From positions 17,545 through 81,544 of the forward strand of contig JAUXMZ010000075.1 in assembly GCA_030683105.1 (NCBI GenBank): DNA of 64,000 bases, given 5' to 3'. Below the pieces are notes generated by a model. That model worked only from the letters and a program-made list of their open reading frames with translations, made no database searches and was not told the DNA's origin. Numbering within the stretch: position 1 is the stretch's first letter; each line of letters begins with the position of its first letter. Both the position numbers and the translations under genes were made by a program. The DNA is from Burkholderiales bacterium. Its GTDB lineage: Bacteria > Pseudomonadota > Gammaproteobacteria > Burkholderiales > SG8-41. Shown piece by piece: positions 37,824 to 47,917 of this stretch.

Positions 37824-39281
37824 ATGCCGCAGACAATCGAACTCAGCCTTGTGTCCCACACCAACGTCGGCAAGACGACGCTCGCGCGCACACTGCTTGG
37901 CCGCGACGTCGGCATCGTGCGCGACGAACCGCACGTGACACTGACCGCGGACAGACATGAAATGGTGTCGACACCTGAGGGCGACCGCCTGGCGCTATGG
38001 GATACGCCCGGCTTCGGCGACAGCCTGCGGCTGGCAAAACGCCTCGCGCAGTCGGACAACCCGCTCGGCTGGTTCCTGAGCCAGGTCTGGGATCGCTATC
38101 GTGATCGCGCCTTCTGGTCGAGCCAGCAGGCGGTGCGTAACGTGCGCGACCATGCCGATGTCGTCCTGTACCTGGTCAACGCGTCGGAAGACCCGGAGAA
38201 CGCGGGATATGTCGCCCCGGAGATGCGGGTGCTCGCGTGGACCGGCAAGCCTGTCATCGTGCTGCTGAACCAGCTCGGCCGCCCGCGCCCCGCAGCGGAG
38301 GAACTGGCCGATCTGCAGCGCTGGCGCAGTCACCTCGCCGGGTTTCGTTGCGTGCGCGCGGTGCTGGCGTTCGACGCATTCGCGCGCTGCTGGGTCCAGG
38401 AAATGGTGCTGTTCGGCGAACTCGCCAAAGTGGTTCCGGATGACAAGCGCGAAGCGTACGCCCGTCTGAGCGCGCAGTGGCTGCGCCGGCGGCGCGAGAT
38501 CTTCGAGGCGGCGCTCGACGTACTGGCTGAAAGGCTCGCGCGCGCAGCACTCGATCGCGAACCGGTGGCCGAAGGCGGCTGGACGGACAGGCTGCGCGAG
38601 CTGGGGGTCGCGCTCGGCGTGCGTCGCGAGGCCGGGGACAGCCCGAAGCAGATCGCGATGCGCGCACTCGCAGAGCGACTCGATAAGGACATCTTAACCA
38701 GCTCGGACCGCCTGATCGCGCTGCACGGTCTGGGCGGACACGCGAGCGCTGAGATTCTGACCCGGCTCGCCGACCATTACGCGGTGCGCGAACGACTGAG
38801 CGAAGGCAAAGCTGCCGCGCTGGGTGGCGTGGTGACCGGCGCGCTCGCGGGACTAAAAGCCGATCTGGCGACCGGCGGCCTGACCTTTGGCGCCGGCTTG
38901 CTCGTGGGCGGGGTGCTCGGCGCGCTCGGCGCCGCCGGCCTGGCGCGCGGCTACAACCTGGTGCGCGGCGCTGACGCCACGCTGGTCACCTGGACCGACG
39001 AGGTCCTGGATGAACTCGCGGTGTCCTCGCTGCTCGGCTATCTGGCCGTCGCACACTACGGCCGCGGCCGCGGCGACTGGGCGCCGTCGGAATATCCGGC
39101 GCACTGGCAGGACACGGTTGCGGCCGTGTACGCGCAGCAGCGGCAGGCGTTCCACCATGCCTGGTCGTTGCGCGGCGCCGCCGACATGCCCGAGGCGGTC
39201 GAACCGGCGCTGCGCGATGCGCTGGCCGCGACGGCCCGCGCCGTGCTGCAGCGCCTGTATGAGGACGCCAGGATCGAGTAA
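37824..39281 (+). CDS. GTPase with DUF3482-like C-terminus
   Basis: G1-like SHTNVGKTT, G3 DTPG, LLNQ; FDAFARCW; C-terminal glycine-rich hydrophobic hairpin; HYGRGRG. Confidence 0.78.
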   Translation: MPQTIELSLVSHTNVGKTTLARTLLGRDVGIVRDEPHVTLTADRHEMVSTPEGDRLALWDTPGFGDSLRLAKRLAQSDNPLGWFLSQVWDRYRDRAFWSSQQAVRNVRDHADVVLYLVNASEDPENAGYVAPEMRVLAWTGKPVIVLLNQLGRPRPAAEELADLQRWRSHLAGFRCVRAVLAFDAFARCWVQEMVLFGELAKVVPDDKREAYARLSAQWLRRRREIFEAALDVLAERLARAALDREPVAEGGWTDRLRELGVALGVRREAGDSPKQIAMRALAERLDKDILTSSDRLIALHGLGGHASAEILTRLADHYAVRERLSEGKAAALGGVVTGALAGLKADLATGGLTFGAGLLVGGVLGALGAAGLARGYNLVRGADATLVTWTDEVLDELAVSSLLGYLAVAHYGRGRGDWAPSEYPAHWQDTVAAVYAQQRQAFHHAWSLRGAADMPEAVEPALRDALAATARAVLQRLYEDARIE

Positions 39282-39438
39282 TTCCGGAAACCGTATTGCG
39301 CACGGCAGGCCCGCTCAGGTCACGTGTCCACTATGTGCCGACGAATTGCGTATCGACACTGGCATGGCCGTCAGGCAGCAGTTATGCTCTAAGACGCGAT
39401 TCGGTCTTTTTAAAATGCATACCAGGGGAAAAGTTCAT

Positions 39439-41193
39439 ATGTCAGACCCAACGCAAGCGCAGTACGAGGCGCTGTGGCCGCGCAGTCCGCGCCAGGCCAA
39501 AGTAAAATCTCTCGCCAGGCGGCTCGACACCCTTGAAGGCAAGACGATCGCCTGGGTCTGGGACTACCTGTTCCGCGGCAACGAAATATTCGCGCATCTG
39601 GAAGAGAATCTCAAAGCGCGCTATCCCGGCATGAAGTTCGTGCCCTGGAGCGAGTTCGGGAACACGCACGGCAGCGATGAGCGTGAGGTCGTGGCGGCAT
39701 TGCCGCAGAAACTGAAAGCGCTGGGGGTGGACGCCGTCGTTTCCGGCATGGGGTGTTGAGGCAGTTGCACACCCGCCGTGTTGCGGGTGAGTGCAGCGGC
39801 CGAGACCGCCGGCATCCCTGCTTCGACGCTGGTCTGCGAAAGCTTCATGGGGCTGGCGAAAGCGGCGTCGCTCGGACTCGGCATGCCCAATCTTCAGGTG
39901 GCGCCGGTGCCGGGCCACCCCGGCCTTCAAAGTCTGGAGGTATTGCAGCGCAATGTCCGCGAGGTCACGCTCGCCGGCGTGGTCGACAACCTGCTCAAGC
40001 TGCCGGCAAACGTGGCGGCAGGCAGCGAACCCGGTGCGCGTGACATCGTATGCCGCGGCACCTTCGAGGAAATCAACGACTACTTCATCGCCCACGAACT
40101 GTCCGACGGGCTGCCGATCGTGCCGCCCACGATCGGGAAGGTCGAAACCTTTCTGCGTTATACCGGCCGCCAGCCGGACGAGGTCCTGGGCATACTGTTG
40201 CCTGACAACCGCGCCGCGACCGTGTGGAGCGTGGCGGTAAACGGGGTGATGGCAGGCTGCCGGCCCGAGTACATGCCGGTGCTGATCGCGCTGATCGAAG
40301 CGATGGCCGACCACGATTACGGCGTCGAGCACAGCGGTAATACCCCGGGCGGCGAAACCCAGATCGTGTTAAACGGCCCCATCATCAAGGAACTCGGTTT
40401 CAATTACACGCAAGGCGTGATGCGCGACGGTTTCCAGGCGAACACCACCGTGGGCCGTTTCTGGCGGCTGTACCTGCGCAACATTGCCGGTTTCCTGCCG
40501 CACCAGAACGACAAGGCCACGTTCGGCAACACCTGGCGCGTCGTCGTGGCGGAGAACGAGGACGTGCTGGCAAAACTCGGCTGGCCGCCGACCTGCGCGG
40601 AATTCGGTTTTCCCGCCGGGACCAACGCGGTTGCTATCGGGCGCTACACCGGCGGCAACCATATCTCGTCGGTGTCGGGCGCGACCCCGGAGGCGCTGCT
40701 GCCCTATATCGCCGACGCCGTGGTCAAACAACACTCGTGGCAGCTCATGTTCTCGATGGGCATGGGCAACGGCACGTTGCGGCCGCTGATCCTGCTCTCG
40801 CCCATCCTCGCCGAGACCATCGCCGCCGGCGGCTGGTCCAAGCAGGATCTGAAACAGCAGCTCTTCGATCACGCGCGCATGCCGGCCTGGGAGTTCGAGC
40901 GTTACCTGCGCGACTGGACGCAGAAACCGGCCTGGAATCTCGCAGCAGAGCACGCGGCCGGACGCATTCCCGATGTGTTCCACGAATCCGACGACCCGAA
41001 CCGCATGGTACCGCTGGTCTGGAAAGCGGAGGATTACATGATCGCCGTGACCGGCGATCTGGGCCGCAACAGCTGCTACGTTTTTGCGCACAACGGCGTG
41101 CTCGGATATCCCGTCGGCAAGGAAATCAAGTTGCCGGACAACTGGGCGACGCTGGTTGGGAAGAATATGAAGAGCCCTAATAAAATAAATTAG
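39439..41193 (+). CDS. Probable selenoprotein: UGSC-family domain fused to a conserved hypothetical domain (584 aa, Sec107)
   Basis: The two track ORFs are in the same frame, separated only by TGA 39757-39759, giving SGMGC-U-GSCTPAV. A stable hairpin follows the UGA. Confidence 0.85.
39766..39795 (+). promoter_or_regulatory. Candidate bacterial SECIS hairpin
   Basis: TGCAC-ACCCGC-CGTGTT-GCGGGT-GA-GTGCA, starting 6 nt after the in-frame UGA. Confidence 0.6.
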
Positions 41194-41361
41194 CCGCCGA
41201 TGAACGCCGATGGACGCAGATCAAACCAACCCTGACGGGCTTTGTTCCATAGAACATCGATAATAATTAATAAACACAACCTGTTGCATAATAACGTTGC
41301 GCCCTATCGTGTTTGGAGTCTTTGATGTTTATCGGCGTCCATCGGCGTTCATCGGCGGTTA
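41191..41361. repeat. Inverted-repeat element with tandem 10-mer arms and AT-rich core
   Basis: 41191-41221 TAGCCGCCGATGAACGCCGATGGACGCAGAT vs 41331-41361 ATCGGCGTCCATCGGCGTTCATCGGCGGTTA (2 mismatches). Confidence 0.9.
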
Positions 41362-41435
41362 CATCGATCTTGGTCTTTTTGAAATGACCTCTAAGAACAA
41401 ACCCATTTACAATTCAGAATAGAGGAGGAAGTCTG

Positions 41436-42416
41436 ATGAACAGCAAGTGGATTTATCGTTTTGTTATTTCGGTGCTGGTGCCGGCTGCAGCGCTGGGCCT
41501 CGCTGCGGGACAGGCGCCCGCGCAAAATTATCCCGGCAAACCCGTCTCCTTCATCGTCCCCTACGGACCGGGCACCGGCAACGACATCATCGCGCGCATC
41601 CTCTCGCAGAAGGTGGGAGAAAGCTGGAGCCAGCCGCTGGTGGTGGACAACCGCTCCGGCGCCGCCGGCGCCATCGGCACGGAACTGGCGGCCAGGGCCG
41701 CGCCGGACGGCCATACGATCCTCATCGCCAGCACCAGCCAGCTCATCAACCCGTACATCTCCAGGGTGCGCTACGACATCCTGAAGGATTTCACCGCGGT
41801 GGTCGTTCCGGGCACGCTGCCCTATCTGCTGGCCGTGCCCACCGCCTCGCCTGCCGCATCCATCAAGGAGCTGGTGGCGCAGGCCAAGGCCATGCCCGGC
41901 AAATTCAACTATGCCGGGTCGTTCGGCTCGGTGTCCCATTTCATGGGCGAGATGCTCAAGACTGCGGGCGGCATAGACATCGCGCTGATCACCTACAAAG
42001 GCACCCCGGACGCGATCGCCGACGTCATCGCCAACCGGGTCCAGATCTGGTTCACGACCATGGCCACGGGAACCCCGCTCGCGAAAGCGGACAAGATCAG
42101 GGTGCTGGGTGTTGCCGGCAAAAAACGCGCGGCCGTGCTGCCTGATGTGCCGACCATGGCCGAGGCCGGCTATCCCACGCTCGATGTCAGCGCCTCGTTC
42201 TATGTACTCGCGCCGGCGGCGACACCAAAGCCGGTCGTCGCCGCGCTGAACCGGGAAATGGTCAAGGCGCTTGCCACCCAGGAAGTGAAGGACAAACTGG
42301 GTGCGGCGGGGGTCGAAATCAACAGCACCACACCGGAGGAAGCCGGCACGCTGCTCAGGACCGAAGTGGCCGGCTGGGGCAAGGTGGTCAGGGAGTCCGG
42401 CGTCGAAATGAAGTAG
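41436..42416 (+). CDS. Bug/TctC substrate-binding protein
   Basis: VPYGPGTGNDIIAR, VVDNRSGAAG, APDGHT and PDVPTMAEAG motifs. Confidence 0.93.
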   Translation: MNSKWIYRFVISVLVPAAALGLAAGQAPAQNYPGKPVSFIVPYGPGTGNDIIARILSQKVGESWSQPLVVDNRSGAAGAIGTELAARAAPDGHTILIASTSQLINPYISRVRYDILKDFTAVVVPGTLPYLLAVPTASPAASIKELVAQAKAMPGKFNYAGSFGSVSHFMGEMLKTAGGIDIALITYKGTPDAIADVIANRVQIWFTTMATGTPLAKADKIRVLGVAGKKRAAVLPDVPTMAEAGYPTLDVSASFYVLAPAATPKPVVAALNREMVKALATQEVKDKLGAAGVEINSTTPEEAGTLLRTEVAGWGKVVRESGVEMK

Positions 42417-42441
42417 GGCAAGGGGCGATGGCCGTGCCGCG

Positions 42442-43197
42442 TTAAAAAGCGAAGCGGAACATGCCGCCATCGACCGGCACCACCGTGCCGGTGATATAGC
42501 CCGCCCGCGGCGAGCAGAGGAAGATCGCGAGATCGGCGAGTTCCTCCGGTTCGCCGAACCGGCCCATCGGAATTTCCGCTGCCGCAAATTCCGCCACGCT
42601 TTCTTTCGTCGGATAGCGCTTGCCGATTTGTTCGCTGTGGATGCGGCCGGGCTGGATGGAATTGATGGTGATGCCGGCGCCGGCCACTTCGCGCGACAGC
42701 CCCTTGGCCCAGACGTGGACCGCCGCTTTGGCGGCAAAAGCGGCGTTCAGCATGCGCGGCTCGGAAGTGCCGGTCAGGTTGATGATGCGTCCCCAGCGTT
42801 GCGCCTGCATGCCGGGAATCACCGCGTGCGTGAGTTCGCGTATGCGCCAGAAGTTGAGCGTCATGCCCTCCTCCCATTGTGCCTTGTCCGCTTCGAACGG
42901 CAGCGGGCGGCTGCCGCCCGCGGCGTTGATCAGAATGTCGACGCGGCCGAGCAGGTCAGCGGCACGCGCGGCGATGGCTTCGGAGGCCCCGGCAGGATAG
43001 AAGTCGCCCTCGATCAGTACGGGGGGCTCGCCGCCGCGCGCGGCGATCTCGGCTGCAAGTTCTTCCAATAGTTGCAGCCTGCGCGCCACCGTCGCCACTC
43101 TGACGCCCTCCATCGCGAGTCCCCTTGCGATCGCGCGCCCGATGCCCCGGCTCGCGCCGGTGACCAATGCAGTTCGTCCTTTCAGTTGCAATTCCAT
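42442..43197 (-). CDS. SDR family oxidoreductase
   Basis: TGASRGIG, VDILINAAG, NSIQPG and GRFGEPEE motifs; the YxxxK Tyr is replaced (FAAAK-like 'AFAAKAA'). Confidence 0.9.
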   Translation of the reverse strand: MELQLKGRTALVTGASRGIGRAIARGLAMEGVRVATVARRLQLLEELAAEIAARGGEPPVLIEGDFYPAGASEAIAARAADLLGRVDILINAAGGSRPLPFEADKAQWEEGMTLNFWRIRELTHAVIPGMQAQRWGRIINLTGTSEPRMLNAAFAAKAAVHVWAKGLSREVAGAGITINSIQPGRIHSEQIGKRYPTKESVAEFAAAEIPMGRFGEPEELADLAIFLCSPRAGYITGTVVPVDGGMFRFAF

Positions 43198-43501
43198 TTT
43201 TCCTCTCGCTGGGTTCGCTGGCGGTGGCCGGGGGTGAGTATACGAAATTGAGGGTGGTTTCGCCCGTTCCGCAGCGCTAGGCCACACTCAGCACACAACT
43301 AATTATTGTTTATATTCATATACTTATATAACACGAGTGTAGCCAACCCCAGTGCCGCTCGCGTATTGCGGGGCGCACTATCGAGCACTTGCACGGAAGT
43401 GAAGGCATGTCTACTGTACGCTGCTTGGCCGCAACAGATAAATCAGGTTTTAATTCGCAGTGCCTGCTGGTTCACGTGCAGCCCTTTTCTGGAGAATTGC
43501 G

Positions 43502-44251
43502 ATGAAAACGAATGACCTCAAGCAACAAACCCGCCGCGGATTTCTCCGGATTGCCGGAGCTGCCGCTACAACGTTCGCGCTGGGCGGCCTGCCGTTCGCG
43601 GCGCGCGCAGCGAATGCCGCGACCGGCAAAATGAAGATCGGGATCGTTGGCTCGGGCCGCGTCGGCGGCACGCTCGGCAGGCTGTGGGCGAAGGCCGGAC
43701 ACGAAGTCATGTTCTCGTCGCTCGATCTCGAGCACGACAAAGCGCTGGCCGCAAGCGTCGGGAGCAACGCCCGCGCCGGCACGCCGAACCAGGCCACCGC
43801 GTTCGGCGAAGTAGTGCTGATCTCGGTGCCGTACCGCGCGCTGCCGCAGGTCGGCAAGGATCTGGCGGACCTGATCAAAGGAAAAGTGGTGATCGATACC
43901 TGCAACCCCTTTCCCGAGCGCGACGGCGAGATCGGGACGTGGGCTCAGAAAATGGGCGCCGGCCTCGCCTCGGCCGAACTGCTGCCCGGGGCGCGTATCG
44001 TGCGCGCTTTCAACGCGGTCGGTTACGCGCGGCTGCCGGAAGCGGCGCTGCGCACGGAGCGCTACGGCATGCCGATCGCGGGCGACGACGCCAAGGCCAT
44101 CGCGGTGGCATCAGGTCTCATCCGCGATGTCGGCTACGAGCCGGTGCTGATCGGGTCGCTCGCGATGGGCAGACACCTCGTGCCGCGCACGCCGCTGGCG
44201 GGCGAGCACTCGCCCGAGCAGATTCGGAAAATTGCGGCCACCCTTAGCTAG
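43502..44251 (+). CDS. F420/NADP oxidoreductase-like dinucleotide-binding protein with Tat signal
   Basis: TRRGFL twin-arginine leader; KIGIVGSGRVG, VIDTCNP and VRAFN motifs. Confidence 0.87.
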   Translation: MKTNDLKQQTRRGFLRIAGAAATTFALGGLPFAARAANAATGKMKIGIVGSGRVGGTLGRLWAKAGHEVMFSSLDLEHDKALAASVGSNARAGTPNQATAFGEVVLISVPYRALPQVGKDLADLIKGKVVIDTCNPFPERDGEIGTWAQKMGAGLASAELLPGARIVRAFNAVGYARLPEAALRTERYGMPIAGDDAKAIAVASGLIRDVGYEPVLIGSLAMGRHLVPRTPLAGEHSPEQIRKIAATLS

Positions 44252-44298
44252 CGTACGCGCAATTTGTCAGTTCTCGCCGCTGATGGCAATGCACATCG

Positions 44299-45399
44299 TT
44301 ATAATCGTATTGAAAACACGGAAATCGTCTCCATTAAGCCGCGCAATTCCATATTGCCGCGCGGTACGACGCGGCTTGCGGGCACCAGCTTGCGGATCGA
44401 CTCGAAGAGTTCGCCCGAAACCAGGGCCTCGCCCGCCACTGCTGCCTGCATGAGGCGCGAAGCGATATTCACCGTGTTGCCGATCACGGTGTAGCTCATG
44501 AAATTCGGCGAGCCTACGTTGCCGATGACGGCCTCGCCGCGGCACATCCCGATGCCCAGGCCGCCGGTGATGTCGTAGTGTTCGCGCCAGCGTGCCGCCA
44601 CCGACCCGAAGCGCGACTGCATCTCCTTGGCGGTGGCCCAGGCGCGCGCCGCGGCATTGGGCTGCGGAAAGGGCACGTTGAAGCCCACGAGCAGGCAGTC
44701 CCCTGACATATTGAAAATCGTGCCGTCGTAATGGTGAGCCGCTGCGGTGAGCGCCGCGAAATACTCGTTCAGCATTTCCACGAGCGGTTCCACGTCGATT
44801 ACCTCGGTCATGTGGGTAAAGCCGCGCAAGTCAGCGAACATGACCACCACCTCGGCGCGCTGCGCCTTGGCGCCGAATGGCACGGTTTCGCTGATGATGC
44901 GTTCGACCAGGCGCGGCGAGACATAGCGCGAGAACGCCTTCTGGATCGACTCGCGGTGCGCTGCCGCCGCGAGCGTGTTTCTCATCCGCAGCGCCAGTTC
45001 GCTGGGGTCGACAGGCTTGCGCAGAAAATCGGTCGCCCCGAGATCAAGTGCTCTCAGCTTTGTTTCTGGATCCTCGGCGGTAGTAAGGACGATGGTCGGA
45101 ATGTGTTTCAGCACAGGGTCTTTCTGCATCTCTGCAAGTACGTCAAAGCCGGTTACCTTCGGCATATTGATGTCGAGCAGCAGGACTTTGGGACGCTCGC
45201 GCCGCAGCATGGCGATGGCGGAGGTGGAGTCCGAGGTCGACGTGAACCGACTGAATCCCGCCTGCTCGAGAAATGCCTGGGTGAGCTCGATCACCAGCGC
45301 CTCGTCATCGACCATCGCCACGAGAGCCTCGCCCAGATCGCCCAGGTTCATGCTCCCGGATTGGAGCAATACTTCGTCCGCTTTTATTGGTTCGCTCAT
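44299..45399 (-). CDS. Response regulator receiver - class III nucleotidyl cyclase
   Basis: REC (VDDE, LLLDINMP, KP) plus cyclase (FADLRGFT, GDC, GNTVNIASRL). Confidence 0.93.
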   Translation of the reverse strand: MSEPIKADEVLLQSGSMNLGDLGEALVAMVDDEALVIELTQAFLEQAGFSRFTSTSDSTSAIAMLRRERPKVLLLDINMPKVTGFDVLAEMQKDPVLKHIPTIVLTTAEDPETKLRALDLGATDFLRKPVDPSELALRMRNTLAAAAHRESIQKAFSRYVSPRLVERIISETVPFGAKAQRAEVVVMFADLRGFTHMTEVIDVEPLVEMLNEYFAALTAAAHHYDGTIFNMSGDCLLVGFNVPFPQPNAAARAWATAKEMQSRFGSVAARWREHYDITGGLGIGMCRGEAVIGNVGSPNFMSYTVIGNTVNIASRLMQAAVAGEALVSGELFESIRKLVPASRVVPRGNMELRGLMETISVFSIRL

Positions 45400-45421
45400 T
45401 CATGCCTCCCTGCCGGCGACC

Positions 45422-47917
45422 TCAGGCGACCGCCGATGTCTCCTGCGGCGCGATGACGCGCCGTGCCATTTGCCGCAATTCACCCAGGATCTGTGCCACC
45501 CGCTCGCCTTCGGCGGCCTTGGCGGCGGTCTCGAGCTGCACGGCCGGCGCCATGAACACATCGTAACCCATGGAACCCGCGGACCCCTTGAGCCAGTGGG
45601 CAAAGTTCGCGATCTCCACGTAGTCGTTCTGCGATTCCATCTGCTGCGTCTCGACGAGCCGCTCGTGCAGCCTCACCACGAACTTGCGCAGGATAGGCTG
45701 CAACCGCTTCTGTCCGGCTAGGCGAGACGTGATGGACGTTACCGCTGTGTTGTCGGCGTTCGCCTGCGGCGCGTCGACTGTCGAGTTGATGGCGCCCTCA
45801 GCCGCCGCCGGATCAATGCGTTTACCGCCCAGCAGCAAGGCTATGCTGCGGATCAGCCCATCGATGTCGATAGGCTTGGTCAGGTATACGTTGCAGCCCG
45901 CCTCCATCATCTGGGCTTCAAATCCACTCATGGCATTCGCGGTCAACGCGACGATCGGAATCTTTATGCCACGCTCGCGAAGCGTGCGGGTCGCGGTAAA
46001 ACCGTCCATGACCGGCATCTGCATGTCCATGATGATGAGATCGAATCCGCCCTTCATGGCCATCTCGACGGCGACCTGGCCGTTCTCGGCCTCTTCCACC
46101 CAGAGGCCCTGTTGCGAGAGCACCAGCGACACCAGCTCGCGGTTCTCGGCGCCGTCGTCGGCGATAAGAACCCGCGCCGGGGGAATGCTCCAGCACTCCT
46201 TCACCTCGGCCATGTCTTCGTCAAGATGGGCATCGATCTGCTCGGGTGTGAGCATCGGCACGCCTTCCAGCGGCCCCGTCTCGAAGGTCACCGTAAACAC
46301 GCTGCCCTTGCCCACCTTGCTCGCCACGGTGACATCGCCGCCCAGCGCCCGGGCAAACTTTTTGCTGATCACCAGCCCCAAGCCCGTGCCGCCGTATTTG
46401 CGCGAGATCGAGCTGTCGGCCTGCACGAAGGCCTCGAACAGCGCGCCGATACTCTCCTGCGGAATGCCAATGCCGGTGTCGATGACGTCCAGCGCATAGT
46501 GCGGTGAATTGCCCGGCAGGAACCGGGCACTCACCCGTATGCCGCCGTGATCGGTGAATTTGATCGCATTGCCGAGCAGGTTGAGCACGATCTGGCGCAA
46601 CCGCAGCGGATCGGACCGGACCGTTTGCGGCACCGGGCCTTCAGCGGCAAACCCGATGCTGATCATCTTCTCGCGCGCCCTGACCTCGAATTCGCGCACC
46701 GCCTGGTTCACGATCGTATGCGGCGCACAGGAAATAAGCTCGACTTCGAGCCGCCCCGCCTCCACTTTGGACAAGTCCAGAATATCGTTGATCAGCGCAA
46801 GCAGGTGCGTACCGCTGTTGTATATGGTGTTGAGGTGCTTGGTCGTCTCGCGCTCGTTCTTGCCGAAGCCCCGCCGCAACAACTCGGTGAAGCCGAGTAT
46901 CGCGTTCATCGGGGTGCGGATTTCGTGGCTCATGTTCGCAAGAAATTCGCTCTTGGCACGATTTGCCGACTCGGCTTCGTCGCGAGCGAACTTGAGCTCG
47001 ACCTCTTTTTTCTCGAGTTCGGTAATATCCTCCAAACTGATCAGCACGCCGCCGGGTTTGCTGCCGGCGCCCAGCACCGGCGAGCAGTTCAACAGAAACG
47101 TGCGCAGGGTGCCGGCAGCATCCTTAAGACGTATGGTCTCGTTGCGCTGTATCGCCGCGTCGTTCAGCGCCTTTGTCCATGGATAAACCACTGCCTCGCC
47201 CGCGGGCGTTGCCGTGGCCCAGGGAATGGCGGCCACGCCGGTGCCGAGCATCGCTTCCGAGGATTTCCCGAGGAGATGGGCAAAGGACTCATTCGCCAGC
47301 ACGATGTTCTGGTTCCGGTCGATGATCAGCAGGCCCTCGGTCAGGGTATCGAGCGCCGCGCGCACGCGGCCCGGGATCGCGCGCGACGGGTCCAGTTGGC
47401 GCAGCACGCGACCGAGATAAAAATAAAACGCAGTGAGGCACAGCACGAAGATGAAGGCCAACAGCAGGACGCCGGGCCATTCCAGGATGCCGCGAATCCC
47501 GGGGCTGATCAGGGGCTCGTAGCGCATCTCCAGCTGGCCCCAGCGGTGCTGCTCGGCCCAGATCGGCACCACGAGCTGCGTATCGGTAGAGAGGCCGCCT
47601 TCCATCGGTTCCCAGCGCGTTGCGTGCTCGCCTGTCACGACGACGATGCGCCCGTCGCGGTCGCGCACCGCGATCGAGAGGATCTCCGGATTGCGAGCCA
47701 TGACGAAGCGCAGCACGGATGCAAGTCGTCTTTCCTCTTTAGTGGTCATCAATGCTGTCGCACTGGCAGCCAGGGATTCTGCCAGGCTCACCCGCGCGTG
47801 GCGTTGCGCGCTCAGGCGGTCCGGAACGAATCCCAGCAGCATGGCGAACACCACCGCAGTGGTCACGATCGCGGTGAGGCCAATCGCAACGTGCATTTTA
47901 GTGCTGAATATTTTCAT
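45422..47917 (-). CDS. Hybrid sensor histidine kinase (TM-PAS-HisKA-HATPase-REC-Hpt)
   Basis: [44 protein letters not shown] and Hpt AHWLKGSAG motifs. Confidence 0.95.
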   Translation of the reverse strand: MKIFSTKMHVAIGLTAIVTTAVVFAMLLGFVPDRLSAQRHARVSLAESLAASATALMTTKEERRLASVLRFVMARNPEILSIAVRDRDGRIVVVTGEHATRWEPMEGGLSTDTQLVVPIWAEQHRWGQLEMRYEPLISPGIRGILEWPGVLLLAFIFVLCLTAFYFYLGRVLRQLDPSRAIPGRVRAALDTLTEGLLIIDRNQNIVLANESFAHLLGKSSEAMLGTGVAAIPWATATPAGEAVVYPWTKALNDAAIQRNETIRLKDAAGTLRTFLLNCSPVLGAGSKPGGVLISLEDITELEKKEVELKFARDEAESANRAKSEFLANMSHEIRTPMNAILGFTELLRRGFGKNERETTKHLNTIYNSGTHLLALINDILDLSKVEAGRLEVELISCAPHTIVNQAVREFEVRAREKMISIGFAAEGPVPQTVRSDPLRLRQIVLNLLGNAIKFTDHGGIRVSARFLPGNSPHYALDVIDTGIGIPQESIGALFEAFVQADSSISRKYGGTGLGLVISKKFARALGGDVTVASKVGKGSVFTVTFETGPLEGVPMLTPEQIDAHLDEDMAEVKECWSIPPARVLIADDGAENRELVSLVLSQQGLWVEEAENGQVAVEMAMKGGFDLIIMDMQMPVMDGFTATRTLRERGIKIPIVALTANAMSGFEAQMMEAGCNVYLTKPIDIDGLIRSIALLLGGKRIDPAAAEGAINSTVDAPQANADNTAVTSITSRLAGQKRLQPILRKFVVRLHERLVETQQMESQNDYVEIANFAHWLKGSAGSMGYDVFMAPAVQLETAAKAAEGERVAQILGELRQMARRVIAPQETSAVA

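Noticed and set aside
38887-39438. N-terminal part of the 290-aa ORF 38887-39759
   Set aside because: Overlaps the GTPase gene in another frame; only the part from ATG 39439 is credible.
484-41361. CRISPR interpretation of the short repeats (484-657, 16919, 30136, 41191)
   Set aside because: Units are 7-10 bp, directly tandem or inverted, with no unique 25-45-bp spacers and no cas genes.
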